A stretch of 62,808 nucleotides of DNA, counting the filler. It is 9 parts of 9 records of this genome, joined end to end, with 100 filler letters (N's around TTAATTAATTAA, not from the genome) between each part and the next. Parts side by side here need not be neighbours in the genome. Positions count along the whole stretch, not along the records: positions 1 to 14,113 come from SRR7504441_2134; 8 more parts are not named here. The stretch is one strand, 5' to 3'. Under the pieces are notes generated by a model. That model was not told the DNA's origin, made no database searches, and saw only the letters and a list, made by a program, of their open reading frames with translations. This document shows positions 1 through 12,560 of the stretch, in pieces. The position numbers were made by a program, and so were the translations under genes. The first letter of the stretch is position 1; each line of letters starts with the position of its first letter.

Positions 1-308
1 TCGAGTTAAATCGAGTTACACACCTATGCCTCACTTTGCCAGTATAATGTAAGTTAGTATAAATGACAGAGCATTGAGGGTCAGTATCAATAGTGTATCA
101 GTACACAATTCCAGATTGGCTGACTGACCAGCTCTAGATAGGCTCTTACACACTCGAGTCTATCTCTAGTCAAGTCAGTTCGACTCTTCGACTCTAGATA
201 GTACGGTATAAGTTAAGAACGGTAGATGCGCGCCGATGAGCACTTTGTTGACGCCAGCTTCATGCCGGATTAATTAGTGGTAGCTTAGTGCCAGCTCGCA
301 AACATTGA

Positions 309-1786
309 TCACTTGTCGAAGCCGTAGCTATAGTGCGCCTGCCCACGGTACACTGACCTCTGGCTGTATGTTTTGCGGTCGCTCGAGCCAGGCGCCGGTT
401 GGCTGATCATACGCGTTCCTGCTAGGCCTGCAGAGACTGCTTGGGCCGGTCCATAGGCCTGCCTGGTCGCATCCGATTCCTTCGGCCGACTAGCCCATTG
501 CGTCTTCCAAAAGCCCAGTACATGACGAGTCCGCCTGCGAGCGTGCGCCTGGGCCAGCCTCTTCAGCGACACCCTCCGCGCAGTGCTGTTATGCCTGCAG
601 CAGGCTCAGCTCAGCGCGCGGCGGGCAGGCGCCTCGCCATCGCGATCAATCTATACGTCTTATCAAGCTCCCGCCGAGAGCGCTCCGCCGCAGCGGCCGC
701 CGCCTCCTCCGCCAACAGCCGCTGTGCCTCTGCAAGGTTACTCTCGCTAGCCCCAAACGCCCTGACCCGCTCCTCCTCCGCCAGCACCCTCAGCATCCTC
801 GCGGCCTCCTCGGCCTCTAACAGAATCCTCACTCGCTCAGCTTCAGTGGCGGCTGCAATGCGCTCCGCCTCGGCTCGCATCCTCTCCACCTCGGCCGCGG
901 CCGCGGCCTTCTCAATCTCAAGCCGCTTCCGCAGCACCGCGATTTCAACCCTCTCTTGCAGCGCCGCTGTCTCAGCCGCCGCTCGCACACCAGCCGCCTC
1001 GGCCTCGGCTGCCGCCCTCAGCCTTGCCGCCTCGGCCGCCGCTGCCGCCTCAGCTTCAGCCCTATCCTTGGCCGCCTGCGCGATCAGCCGCACCGCTTCG
1101 GCCTCTGCCGTCCTCCTGAGCGCCGCCGCCACCGCCTCGGCAGCCAGGCGCAGCCTCTCCTGCTCCAGCTGCATCGCTGCCCGCTCCCGCTCCGCATCCT
1201 CAGCCGCCGCCCGCCGGGCCGTCTCCACCTCCCGCCCGAGCTCATCCAGCCGGGCCTTCTCCGCTCTGAGCGCCTGCCACGCCGCCGCTTCCTTCCCAGC
1301 CGCAGCCCGATCCCGCCACCGCCGGAGTCCCCCCGCCGTGAGCCTCTGCGCAGAGATCGCGGCCATTCGCCGGCCTGCCAGCAGCCGAGCCCGCTCGTTG
1401 GCCTCATCCACCGCCCGGGCCTGTGCCTCGCCTCTGGCTCTGGCCACCGCCCGCAGCCAGCCTGCCGCCGCCGCAGCCGCCCGTCGGGCCATAAGCCGGC
1501 TCAGCAGCCGGATTGCGGCGGCCTTGGAGCCGGCGGCCAGCTCGGACTGTCTGCTGTTGGCCTGGCTGAGCAGCGCGGGCGGGTCGCCTGCAATCCGGCG
1601 GCACAGGCAGTGGATGAGGTGGAGCGCACGCGCACGCTCCGGGCCTTGAGCGACTGCGGCACGGACCAAATAGTCGAGCTCCACCGCGGCCCGCTCGGCC
1701 TGCGGCAGCGTGGGCGGGGCTGCGGCCGTGTACGGCAGCGCCAGCTCCTCTTGGGCCACTGCACTCTGTCCCAAGAGCACTTTCAT
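309..1786 (-). CDS. Hypothetical Ala/Glu/Arg-rich coiled-coil protein (spliced; a few W-containing Sfi1-like motifs)
   Basis: ORF 611..1786 joins ORF 309..572 through a short intron ending ...gctgagctgagcctgctgcag; long heptad-like AEAER repeats. Confidence 0.55.
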
Positions 1787-1899
1787 CGTCCTAATATATG
1801 CTTTGCATCGTTTTTTTGGTGGAATCCTGATTCCGTTACAAATTCCGTTGTTTCATCTGGGAGCGGTTACGGCGTGCGCGCCAAGCCGTGGTACGCGAT

Positions 1900-3249
1900 A
1901 TGCCAGGCCTGGTGGCGCCGGCCGCTGGAGCTGGGCTGGAGCAGTACGCGGCGGCGCTGATCAGCGGTCTGCGGCCGGGGGCGTCGGAGGTGGATTTGAT
2001 ACAAGTGATCCGCCGGCTCAAGAGCGCGATCCGGGGCCGGCCGGGCGAAGCGGGCCCGGAGTACGAGGCCGCATGGCGACAGGCTGCGGCCAGGGTGGAG
2101 GACGAGGTGGAGCAGGCCAGACTGCAGGCGGCAAAGCAGGCCGAGCAGGAGGCAGCCCGCGCGGAGCAGGCGGCCGAGTCAGCCCGGCGGCAGGCAGCCG
2201 CCAGGGAGGCGGCCGAAGAGGCCGAGGCCTGTCGGCAGGCCAAGGACAGAGTGGCCGCCCAGCGGGCCGCCGAGTCAGCCCGTCGGGAGGCAGCGGCCGC
2301 CCAAACCCGCCGGGTTGCCGAGCAGCAGCGGATACAGAAGTTGGGGGAGCGGGCTGCCGCCCAGGCCCGACGCGAGGCTGAGGCCGAGGCACAGCGGTCG
2401 GCCAAGCAGGCTTGGCAGAAGGCGCAGGCTGCTGCAGAGAAGGCGGCCAGCGAAGCGAGGCAGGAAGCCGAGAGGCTGCAGCAGAGGGAAGCGACTGCCG
2501 CCAGGGCGCGCCAGTCCCCACCTCCCAAGCCGCCCGGCCCACCGCCCGGTGCGAAGCCGCCCGGCCGCGCGGCGCGGAGCCCGCCGACGGCATTCGACAA
2601 TCTCAAGACCGGGATGCCCGAGCCTCGCCGGGTGCTTTTCGAGCAGCTGATTAACCTTCTGTACGGAGAATCACCGCCGTCGCCCACCCAGCCCACGCCT
2701 GAGACCCAACCGGGGACGCCGCCGCAGCCCAAGCCGCGCGCGCACCGATCGCGCCGCACCCCGCCCAGTCCGCCGCCCCGCCGCCCGGCGACCGCGGGCA
2801 CTCCTCCTCCCCGCAGCTCAGCCGCTCCGGCGGCACCTAGGCAGAGCCAGCGCCCGAGCTCAGCCAAGGCTACCACTGGGGCGGAGGCATTTGAGCAAAA
2901 GTGGGCCAATTTCGAAGCGCGGCGGGAGGAGCTGGCGCCTATCCGGGCCCGGGCGATTCCTTTGCCAGAGCTTTCGCGATTCAGGGGATGCTCAAAGCAA
3001 GCGCTGCACAAGATGCTGCTGCGGTGGCACCCAGGTGATTAGCGGGCCTAGCGCGCGGCTGAACTGGGGTCGTATGCAGATAAATTTGGAGCCAAGTTTG
3101 GGCCTTTGCTTTGCCCTAAGGAAAAGGACAAAATCATGAGGATAGTCAGCAGGGTTTTCCAAGCAGTCAACAGCGCTTGGAAGACCGGAAGCCAGAAGGC
3201 TTCGCCCAAGCGTCGAGCGACTAGTCGAGCAGCCTCACACCGCCGGTGA
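1900..3249 (+). CDS. Coiled-coil/Pro-rich protein with C-terminal WHPDKF (NFKBIL1-like / J-domain-like) module
   Basis: Removing GT-AG intron 3035..3079 gives LLRWHPDKFGAKFGPLLCPKEKDKIMRIVSRVFQAVNSAW; stop 3247..3249. Confidence 0.65.
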
Positions 3250-3427
3250 CCATTGCTTATACCCTGCTGACGAAATCGGGACCGTTTGTATTGTCATTGT
3301 GGCTCACTCTTGGTTGATTCCGATTTACGCGGATTTATTACGTAGTGTTTTCATTACTAAAAGTTATATAGTACGTCAGCAGTTTGTATCTAAGTATCTC
3401 GAGGTATCATATCATCTATTCGCGCCT

Positions 3428-4423
3428 TCATTTGAAGAGGCCCTCATTCAAGCCTCCTGGGCTGCCCCCAGCGCTGGTCTCCAGCAGTTGCTGTTGCACC
3501 TCCGGCTCCTGCTCCCAGCTCTCCAACAGCTCGACCGCCCCGTCCTCCGCCAGCATATCCAAAAACGCCTCATCCAGCTCCGCCGAATCCGGGTCGGCCT
3601 GCTCGTCTGGCTTGGCATCACCCGAGCAACCACTCTTCAGGTTTAGAACGTCCTGCAGCCTGCCCCGAGGCTCGCCAGCATCGACACACTGGGCTGAGAT
3701 GTCTTCGCGACAGAGCGGGCAGGTCCTAGATTCGAGCAGCCAGACCCTGATGCATTCGTGGTGGAAAACATGTTGCGAGCTGCACTCCAGAGTCATCACG
3801 CGAGTGCCGAGGCCTAGCTGCTCCATGCAGACTGAGCAGGACCGTTGGGCCAGGTGGGCCGGGCAGGGCCCGATGTTCTGGCCAGCCTCTTCGGGCACCA
3901 TCTGGACTCCGAGCTGGTGCGCGATGATCATGGCCGCCTGGGACTTGTTCAAGTGAACCACCGCCCGCTTCCACAACTCCCGCCGCTCCTTCACCCCCAC
4001 GCGCGACTCCCGGAAGGTCTTCACCTGGCGCCGGCAGCTCTTGCACAGCCGCACCCCGAGCTCCCGGTGGACGGCCACCTCCCCGATCCGTCCACACACG
4101 AAGCACCCTTCCGGCAGCGCGCCCTGCTTCTCCCGCCGGGCGCTCAGCCGAATCGCCCGCTTGGTGGGCACCCGGAACCCAAAGTTCACCTTGCCGATCG
4201 CGGCCTCGACCTGCCGCTGGACGTACTGGTGCATCCTGTCCTCAAGCCGCTTGTTGAGCGCTTGGTGGTGCTGCCGGAGCTGACCGAGCTCCGCCTCCAC
4301 CCCGCCGCAGCCGCACTCGGGTGTGAGCACGGCCGCTTCACGCTTGCGCTTGTGCGGCCGCGGCTCCGGCTCGGCTGGAGGATGGCCGTCTGGCTCTGTA
4401 CCTCCGCACACACTCGTGGCCAT
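3428..4423 (-). CDS. RING-H2 E3 ligase-like protein with upstream ADD/GATA-like Zn finger
   Basis: CSVCMEQL...LECSSQHVFHHECIRVWLLESRTCPLCR (RING-H2); CFVCG...HRELGVRLCKSC Zn finger. Confidence 0.8.
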   Translation of the reverse strand: MATSVCGGTEPDGHPPAEPEPRPHKRKREAAVLTPECGCGGVEAELGQLRQHHQALNKRLEDRMHQYVQRQVEAAIGKVNFGFRVPTKRAIRLSARREKQGALPEGCFVCGRIGEVAVHRELGVRLCKSCRRQVKTFRESRVGVKERRELWKRAVVHLNKSQAAMIIAHQLGVQMVPEEAGQNIGPCPAHLAQRSCSVCMEQLGLGTRVMTLECSSQHVFHHECIRVWLLESRTCPLCREDISAQCVDAGEPRGRLQDVLNLKSGCSGDAKPDEQADPDSAELDEAFLDMLAEDGAVELLESWEQEPEVQQQLLETSAGGSPGGLNEGLFK

Positions 4424-4868
4424 CGTGTGGATGAAGGATGGGTATCGTGGCCCTGGTGTGTCCTTGTGCGAAAAAAAAAGAAATTCCCATCCCAGAAGGA
4501 CGGTAGAAGGACGGGGGCAAGCGGCGGGATCACCGGTGCCCACTAGAGACGGGGCCGATGATACTCGGGGCGCACGTGCCACCGACACGCCCAACACGCC
4601 AATACCCAGGCGTCTAGGCCGGCAGATCACTTCAATTGATCACTTATAGATCGATACGTCGATAGATTCGTAGATTTCACACGGTGAAGCGGAGATGAAG
4701 GAGAGGTTGGCGGGGCCCGAAGCTACCCGAGGGACAGCCCGGCGGTCAGCCCCCTTCCCGCCAGTATCCCGCCGGCACACAAGGTGCGCTTCGCCGCTTC
4801 GTTTTCGCCATCGTGCGCCATGTGTGGATCCTGAGAAGAACTGCAGTCGACAGCTTGAGGACCTGAGA

Positions 4869-6596
4869 ATGCTCAATCTGTCAATGCCGAATCTCGGGCA
4901 GATCTGGCCATCGGCGGCGGCCTGCTGGCTGGCGCTGTGCCTGGTTGGTGGGGCGCGGGCGGCGGGTGCTGGGCCCGAACCGGCGGCCGAGTCTGATGCT
5001 TCCGGAGTCTTGCTGCTCAACACACGTGCGCCGGGCTCCCCGGCAGGCCTGAGACGCCTGGGCCAGAATTCGACGCAGTGAGTGACTTCATGTTGGATAC
5101 GGACGGAATGCGCCAGACTGTAGACGATAACGCGGCCTGCCGGGCCATTTGCGTCTCACGTGCGTCCCTGGCGTGGTCTCGGTGCTTAGGCTTGGTGGGA
5201 CAGAGCCCTCGTGTCGGTCGTACAGCTGGAGCGACGAGGGCACCGAGAAGCAGCCGGGCAAGACGTGTATATGGACACGGCGGATGGTCCAGTTTGATCC
5301 CTCCTGGGAGTTCCACACCAAGACTTACGCCATGGACTGGAACGGCAAGCTGGTAATGAGTGGGGACTTCCAAGGGTTTCCTGGGATGCGATTTGTGGAG
5401 GAGAGGTTCTATCAGCGACACAAGGGCTACGACCTAGACACCTGCTCACAGGACTGCAAGGACGGTAACCTGCTCCGCGCCGCCCACCCTTGCTGCACTG
5501 CGCTGAGTGTGCGTGTGCGATTCCAGATCAGAAATGCAAAGCCTTCAGTTACAACCAGGACTCCATGGAGTGCCAGATGTCCGACGGTGGGCTGCGCTAC
5601 GCGCCGGGATTCACATACTATGAACGGAATCAGCCAGTCAAAGGCCACAAGGGGAAGTTTGTTCACTTTCCCGCACCAGAACTCGAGCATGATAAGATAG
5701 CTCGGCTTGAAGAGGAGGCATCGATGAAAAGAGAAGCCAAAGCTGCAAAGAAGGTCAGGAAGGAGCGGGAGCACAAGGCGTACTTAGCGGAGCTCGAGCA
5801 GAAAGCTGTCCGGGCCAGGGTCGCTAGGGTCGCAAAAGAGGCACAGGACAAGCAAGAGCAAACACGGGAGAGAGCAGCTAAGGTGGAGGCAAGGAAGCAG
5901 CGTGTAGCTAAGGCAAGTGAGGCTGCACTTCAAAGAGGCGAATATGCCGAATCAGTGTTCAAGAGTCAGGAGAGCGTGCAGACAGCGAAAAAGCGACTAG
6001 ACAAAGAACAGGCAGCCAAAAAATCACTGAGCCGCTACCAAGCAGACAAGAAGACCAATGAGCGCCACCAGAAAGAACACACCGCTCTTGCTCAGCGCCA
6101 GGAGCTGAAACAGTCTTCCGAGATCAGATCTAGCACGGCAGAGTCACAGCAGGAAAATGCCAAGCTCCAGATGCTTCAGGCCCTGAGAATTATGCAGCTG
6201 GAGGGCTATAAACTTGCACGAAGTGAACGGTGGATGAAAACTGGCTTGCTCCCGAAGAGTGTACAGTCCTTGATTGACGAGGAGAAGATACTGCGTGCAA
6301 AAGAAGCTAGACAGAAGAAGGAAATCCGGATCAACACAGCAAAACTAGATGGACAAGCACGAGCAGAAAAGCTGTTGGCGAAGAATGAAGTGATGAAGCG
6401 GGAGGAAGCCGATCGTGACCAACAGAGGAAGCTGCAATTGACCCTTTTAAAACAAAAAGGAGCGAAGGAAATATCGGAGGCAAGAGCTGCCGTTGCTTCC
6501 GAGTCACCGAACGCATTGGATTTGAAAAAGAAAGCGCTGGAAGCGCTGGATGCCGAGCAACGAGCCACGCTAGAGGCAAACAACCCAGCGAATTAG
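4869..6596 (+). CDS. Secreted protein with two PAN/Apple-like domains and long C-terminal coiled coil
   Basis: Hydrophobic signal peptide; after removing three short GT-AG introns: ACRAIC..PSCRSYSW and TCSQDC..QKCKAFSYNQDSMECQM; K/E/A-rich tail. Confidence 0.65.
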
Positions 6597-6999
6597 TGCG
6601 GTCATTTACAATAAACTTTATTAGAGTTCACCGATTTATGTAGCCAAGAGGGCGCATTTGCAATCATCCACGGTTTGACGGGACATAAAGAGGGGACCCT
6701 GGCAGATGATAAGGAGCCTGAGGCGTGTGAATCGCTGCGTGGCTGGATTCCGGACGACGTCTGCGATGAGTGGAAACAACACGCTAGAGACTGTGCAACA
6801 AGCGGCCGCGCGTCGAGTTGTGTGGAGGATATCAGCGAGACCCGCACGAGACGAAGATAGAGCCGGACCCACTCGGTGCACATCATACTTGTAGTATTAT
6901 TAGCCTCATTAGTTGAACTTGCGTGAATTGCAATAAAGCACGCGTAACGCGAGATGCATGAGGCTGCAACCAGCCGAAGATATGCCGATTTATGCCGAT

Positions 7000-9388
7000 T
7001 TATGACGCTTTAATCTTTGGTTGAGAGCTCACTGCAGTTGTTGCATTACCCGAATCGGTGGGCTTAGTTGTCAATACTTTTGGCTCAAATCGAGAGCAAC
7101 AAACGACAACCAGCACGGAATATATTGGCACATACACACCCAGAACGCCCCACAGCAGCGCATTCCCGTTCGCAACCAGGAGCAAGGCCTCCTCCTCCAA
7201 GAACTGGGTCAGCGTGGAAGACTGGAGCATGGCGAGAGCCTGGCACAGCATGAGCGGGTGCAACAGCAGATACAGCCCCGCTTGGCTCAGTCTCGCCTGC
7301 AGCCGGTTGGTCGGCCAGTCCGGCCGTTGGGGCACCCATCTGGCCGAAGCGGGCAACGGATGAGCTGCCAGGGCGAGTGGGTTGACCATCAAAGAAAGGA
7401 GGGACCCGAGCGCAAAGTTGACCTAAGGCTCCACTCAGCAGCCAATGTTCGAGCCAGAGGCTGACCGTGGTGACCGTGAAGAGACTTGCGACCGCCACCA
7501 CCTGCCCAGCCTACTCGGCACAGCCCGGATTACCGGCTTACCAGCAGATCGATGTAAAGAGGCTCCCAACTCGGCCGCCACCTCTTTGTCAACAGAGGTA
7601 AAGCGAGTGTCACAACGCCGAGCACCGCCAGCCCGACCCAAGCGCAGCCTCCCACCGCGCTGCACAGCACCACCGCCGGCACTCCGAGACCAGCCACGGC
7701 CCAAATCGCGGCAAGACTGTCCAGTCCACTGAAGACGTTCCTTGCCGTGGCATGCTCGAGCAGATCAGCATTCTTATGCCAGAGCTGCCGAGCCGGTCAG
7801 ACTGCTGGCCGGCTATGCCGGCACCAGGCCACAAAGCGAGGCCCAACTGACAGCCGTTGGAAGCCCGAACGGAAGCTGGGATCCAAAGTGCCAGAAGCGG
7901 TTCGGAGCCGTCATGATATACCTATCGGATCGCTCAGCCTCGGCCGGCCGGGTCGGGCCACAGGAAAGGCGGGTGGTGCAGCTCCTCGTGCAGATTGTTC
8001 AGTGACCGGAGCGCGCCTGCTGCCCGGTTGCCCGGCCCAGAGGACCAAGGACCTTCCAACACCCGACCTATCGCCACATAACTAATAGAAGAGCCTGGCC
8101 GGTCGCTCCGTCCTGAAAGCGTCACAGCGTCGATCTGCGCCGCTGTCAGCGGCCACGACCGGCCAGCCCCACCGAGGCGTGCACAAACTGCGCGTGGTCG
8201 CCGCGCGCACGGCCGACCATCAAGGCAGCGAGCGCAGAGAGGTACGTAGACCAGAAATGGGCCAGATGTACGTCTAGCCGGCTCAAGCCATCATGCGCCC
8301 GGTGCATGGACTGCCGCCCGGCTGGCACCCGGCCACCCAGTGGAGTGCCTCCTCAACGGAGGCAATAGGCTGCGCGTCGTGTCCGGTGGCTGACCGGGTA
8401 CCGAATGAGGGGTGGCCTGCCCTGCTCTCACAACCAGCCAGGGCCCGGCGCACCCTCCACCGCCACCGGCAGCCGGTATGCGCCGGCAAACGCCGAGATT
8501 ACGTTGAGGATGTCCATGTTGCCAGTCTGGCCGTTGAAGCCTTCCCCGAGCTCGGGGCTGCCGGGCGCGGCCGGGCACCTGTGACCCTCACCAGCAACTC
8601 GCGGACGGGTTCGAAACCAAAGTCCAAGCAGATCGCCGCCTGCCGCCCGGGCCTCCCTGGCCGAGCCAGCCGGCCGCCACCCGCAGCAGCCCGGCCCGAG
8701 CCATTGGCATAGCGCCATAGAGGTAGTCATTCAGCCAGGCGGTCACTGCGAGCTCCGGAGCGCCCCTGCCTGCACTCAGCCGTAGCCCAAGCCCGGGCGT
8801 GCCGGGTGACGTCCCCGAATACAAAGATCACGTCCATGGCCAGCCAATCGGCCCGAGCCAGCGTCTCGGCCAGCCAGATCGCCAGCCCGGGCCCCAGCCC
8901 CGCTGCCCTGTCGCCATACCTGCCCCGCCGGTCCAGGCGCACAGACGGCGGCCGCACCGGGCGGTGACCACCAGCGCCTCCTTGCCGTCCCCGCGGGCCG
9001 CTCGCAACAGGCCAATCAGGCTCTGCCCGCGCTTAGCCGCCGGGCCGCACGGGCCGTCGCAGAAGCTGTGCCGAGATAGCTCGAGTCCGGCTGCCTCGAT
9101 CCGGCGAGCCAGCCAGTCCCGCAGCGCCTCCCGGTCCGTTGAGGCGGCCCGGTACTCACGCAGCTCGGCCAGGCCGGTTTTGGGCACCTCGAACTGCAGC
9201 AGCCGCGGCAGCCCTGAGGGCGCCAGCGCGTTCTCCTGGATGACCGAGACGGAGGCCGCGAGCGGGAGGAGCAGGAAACCAAGCAGCGAGAGCACGAACA
9301 GCCCGACCGCCAGCCGCCACAGCTTGCGCCGCCCGGCAGCGCTCACCCACCAGTGCTGCGTGCTCGGGGAGGGCGCCGCCTCTGCCAT
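7000..9388 (-). CDS. GPAA1: GPI transamidase component GPAA1/Gaa1 (multi-exon)
   Basis: Motifs across exons: IQENAL, GLLRAARGDGKEALVV, WLAMDVIFV, AWLNDY, GFNGQTGNMDILNV, IDAVTL, GRVLEGALRSLNNLHEELHH, C-terminal TM helices. The 3' exon structure was only partly traced. Confidence 0.85.
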
Positions 9389-9739
9389 CAGAATCCGGAT
9401 CCCGGTAGACTACAGCTGTACATGTATGCAATCGCTATGTGTGTACAGTACCGGTATTCAACTGCCGGAGTACATGATAGTACAGTATGCACGGCAGCAA
9501 TATAATTATTTTAATAGAGGTATAATAGAGGTGTTATAACATTATTATAACATTGACGAGTTGACTATATGACTGATTCTGCGACTAATTTTCATTTACT
9601 AAAATGAGCACTATACAAGTACGTGTGGCGGTAATGCTTGTGGCGGGGTGGCGGCTGCATGAGGCGACCGTACATGGGCTGCATTCGGTTGCAACTCAGT
9701 AATAACCCGCAGTTTTAGGAGCACAGCACAGGACACACT

Positions 9740-11998
9740 TCACGCGGTGTGGAGCACAACACGCGGTACATGTGCACCGGCTGTCGCCCGGTTGGGCTGC
9801 GGGTTCTTTTCCATTTTCATCATCTTGAGGTAGTCGACCCCTCGAAACTCAAACGGCTCGGCCTGCTTGGCCTGCCAGTGCTCGAGCACAACCAACAGCT
9901 GCGCGTCCAGCTGCGCCAGCTCCTCAGCCGCCTCCGCGCAGTCTGGCTGCCGCGCGCAGCACCGCTTCTGCGCCTCCCTCCGCCTGACCAGCTCGACCAG
10001 CCCAGCTTTACGCTCCATCTGCGGCCGGAGTCGCCGGACTTCGTCTACTAAAAGCAGGTCTAACGGACCCTCCGGATCCTCCAAGTCAATCGGGCCGTGC
10101 TTGCCCATCTCGGCTAGCAGTTTGGCCCGAAACTGCACTCTGTGTCGGTATCCGATTTCCAGCTGATCCCACAGCTGGTACAGCCTGTGGTCTTCGAAAA
10201 GCTCGACCAGCCCCTCAGGCAAATCGTCTGCCATAAACCGCTGCTGTGCCGCCCGCTCCCCTTCCAGTTCCCGCGCCAGTGCTGCCGCCTCCGCCTGAGA
10301 GACCTTTGTTGGCTTCTCCCACGCGGGCTCAGTCGCCATCTGCCCAGTCGCCGCACTCGACTCGACGGAGCAGCTATGGTCGACCGGCGGGTCTGTCGGG
10401 GCTTCGCTTGCGACTTTCAAAGTCTCATCCTCGCTCCCCGGGAGCACCAACCGGGGCACGCGCGGTGGCGGACTGCTGAGCTGGCCGGCGTCCACCTGCG
10501 GCAGTCGCGGAGGCCGCTGCTGCCTCGGCTCCGCTGGCTCCTGCTGGCCGTCAGGCTCTGCACTCTCCTTGCTCGCCGGCTCCACTCGTTTCCTCGCCTG
10601 CCGCTCCACCGGCGGCTTGCGCGCGGCCCGGCGTTGCCGCTCTGCAGGCTTGGGCTGCTGCCGGGCGCGTTGGTGGGCCTGTTGCTGCAGCTTGGAGCCG
10701 GGCTTCGAGGCTCGCTCCGCCTGCAGCTCCGATTTGATCTCGTCTTTGAGCTCGGCCCGGAGCTCGGCCCTGACCGAGTCTTTCATCTTGACCAGCAACA
10801 CCTCGCGCATCTTCCGCTCCACCGCGCTCCGCAGTTCAGCCCTCACTCGCTTCTCGACCTCAACAGATCGTTTCTCCACCTCGAGCTGCACCCTGGCCTC
10901 CACACTATCCTCCGCCAGGGCAAGCCGGGACTCCAGCTCGCGCACACGCTCAGACCAGTCTGACAACTTGCCCGCATCCGCTGCCGACGAAGCTTTGAGC
11001 GACTCTAGCTCATCCTGGCTGTCCGACAACTCACGGTGGAGTCTGTCTGCCTCCGCCTCGCCTTTGGCCAGACCGTGCCGGAGCTGGAGCACCACTCTGG
11101 CCGTCTGCTCCACCTGATCGGTCAGCTCACGCACCCGTTGCTCCGCAGCTTCCCGCCCGTCCGGGTCTGTCTGGCACCCAGTGGAGTCCATCGGCCGCTC
11201 GAACTGCAATGGTGCGTGCTCTATCAGCCCAGCGGCCGCCGCCTCGACGATCTGCCGCTCGCAGGCGTCGACTGCCAGGTGCAGCTGCCTGCTGAGTTCC
11301 TGCCGGAGCCCGTCGATTCCAGCAGCCGGCTGCTCAGGTGACGATAGGTCGCATGCTGCTAAGGAGAATGCACGTAACGGGGAGCTTTCAGGCTTGCCAG
11401 TGGCAAATGTGGAAGGGGAGCCCGGCCCGGTCTTGGTGGACGGTGGAGTGACCAGCTTGGCGGCTGGGCTGTCGGCGCAGAGCGAGGATGCAGGGGCCGG
11501 CTGGAGGTTGGCGTGCAGGTTGGAAAACACTAGCGAGTCCTCCTCCGCGGACAGCGCCGACTGCCCGTGCGGATGCCCGACGCCCCAGCCTGCCAACCGG
11601 TGAGCGCCGCCCAAATCGACGGGCGGACCGAGCGGCACCGGCCTGTCGACGCTCGAGCCGGAGGAATCGGCCAGTCCGCTAGGCTGGCCAAACCCTGACG
11701 AATCGCCCAGGAAGTAGCCGGAGACGCCCATCGGGCCGACCGGGGAGGCCACCTCGCCCAGGTCGAACAGCGGGTTGGGCTCGCCCGGCTGGCCGGCCAT
11801 TGGGTCTGGGCTGTGCATCTCTCGCGAGGCGAGAAGCGAGTCGATTGAAAGCATCGGCTCACTGCGGGCCAGCCGGTCGCGCGAGCGGCGGGCGGCGGCC
11901 AGGGCCGGGCTGCGGCCGGGCGATCGGTCGGTCGGGGAGGCCGGGGCCCGGGTGAGCAGCTCCTCGTTGGCCAGCAGATCCGACAAGCTCACCTCCAT
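9740..11998 (-). CDS. Coiled-coil protein with C-terminal MAP65/ASE1/CCDC87-like segment
   Basis: 752-aa ORF; C-terminal LYQLWDQLEI...LLVVLEHWQAKQAEPFEFRGVDYLKMM resembles the MAP65/CCDC87 motif. Confidence 0.55.
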   Translation of the reverse strand: MEVSLSDLLANEELLTRAPASPTDRSPGRSPALAAARRSRDRLARSEPMLSIDSLLASREMHSPDPMAGQPGEPNPLFDLGEVASPVGPMGVSGYFLGDSSGFGQPSGLADSSGSSVDRPVPLGPPVDLGGAHRLAGWGVGHPHGQSALSAEEDSLVFSNLHANLQPAPASSLCADSPAAKLVTPPSTKTGPGSPSTFATGKPESSPLRAFSLAACDLSSPEQPAAGIDGLRQELSRQLHLAVDACERQIVEAAAAGLIEHAPLQFERPMDSTGCQTDPDGREAAEQRVRELTDQVEQTARVVLQLRHGLAKGEAEADRLHRELSDSQDELESLKASSAADAGKLSDWSERVRELESRLALAEDSVEARVQLEVEKRSVEVEKRVRAELRSAVERKMREVLLVKMKDSVRAELRAELKDEIKSELQAERASKPGSKLQQQAHQRARQQPKPAERQRRAARKPPVERQARKRVEPASKESAEPDGQQEPAEPRQQRPPRLPQVDAGQLSSPPPRVPRLVLPGSEDETLKVASEAPTDPPVDHSCSVESSAATGQMATEPAWEKPTKVSQAEAAALARELEGERAAQQRFMADDLPEGLVELFEDHRLYQLWDQLEIGYRHRVQFRAKLLAEMGKHGPIDLEDPEGPLDLLLVDEVRRLRPQMERKAGLVELVRRREAQKRCCARQPDCAEAAEELAQLDAQLLVVLEHWQAKQAEPFEFRGVDYLKMMKMEKNPQPNRATAGAHVPRVVLHTA

Positions 11999-12560
11999 CT
12001 AAAGATCACGGCCATTCGTATTTCGTACAAATAATACACCGTAAAATAAAATATGCGGGCCGGGCCGGGGAAAGCGCCCGGGCGCCGCGTGGCGCCGCAT
12101 ATCAGTGTTTTGCTCGAGCAGTACCATATTGATAGCAAGCGATGCTGGCTCACTACTGCGCTCAGCTGCGCTCGATTGTGACAGCGGCAAAACACTGAGA
12201 TAGATTGCACGCCGTCGGATGACGGATTGCACAAAGCCAGACACAAAGCGCATCATTGACAAAGCGGTGGGCAGACCTGTGCCCCTATCTAGAGAGCGTG
12301 AGAGTGTTAGCGAGTGGGCGAGGACTCTATAGGGGTTCCGTATCAAATGGACCCGAGTCGAGCATTGTACAACTGGTACAATTTATTAGATCGCTGAACT
12401 TTTGGACCCGAGTACTCGTAGTCGAGTACATGATTCATGTACGAGTACCACTACGCGCAACCGGCGTGATCGATGCAGCCGACCTTAAATTACATTACTA
12501 CGGCTCCCCAGCGCGAAGCGCCCGTCCACACACCGCGGAACGTCCACACACACGCCTCGG

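Noticed and set aside
441-3011. Long antisense/overlapping ORFs (441..1649, 1836..3011 and many similar)
   Set aside because: Shadow ORFs from high GC and repetitive coiled-coil codons on the opposite strand; no domain signal.
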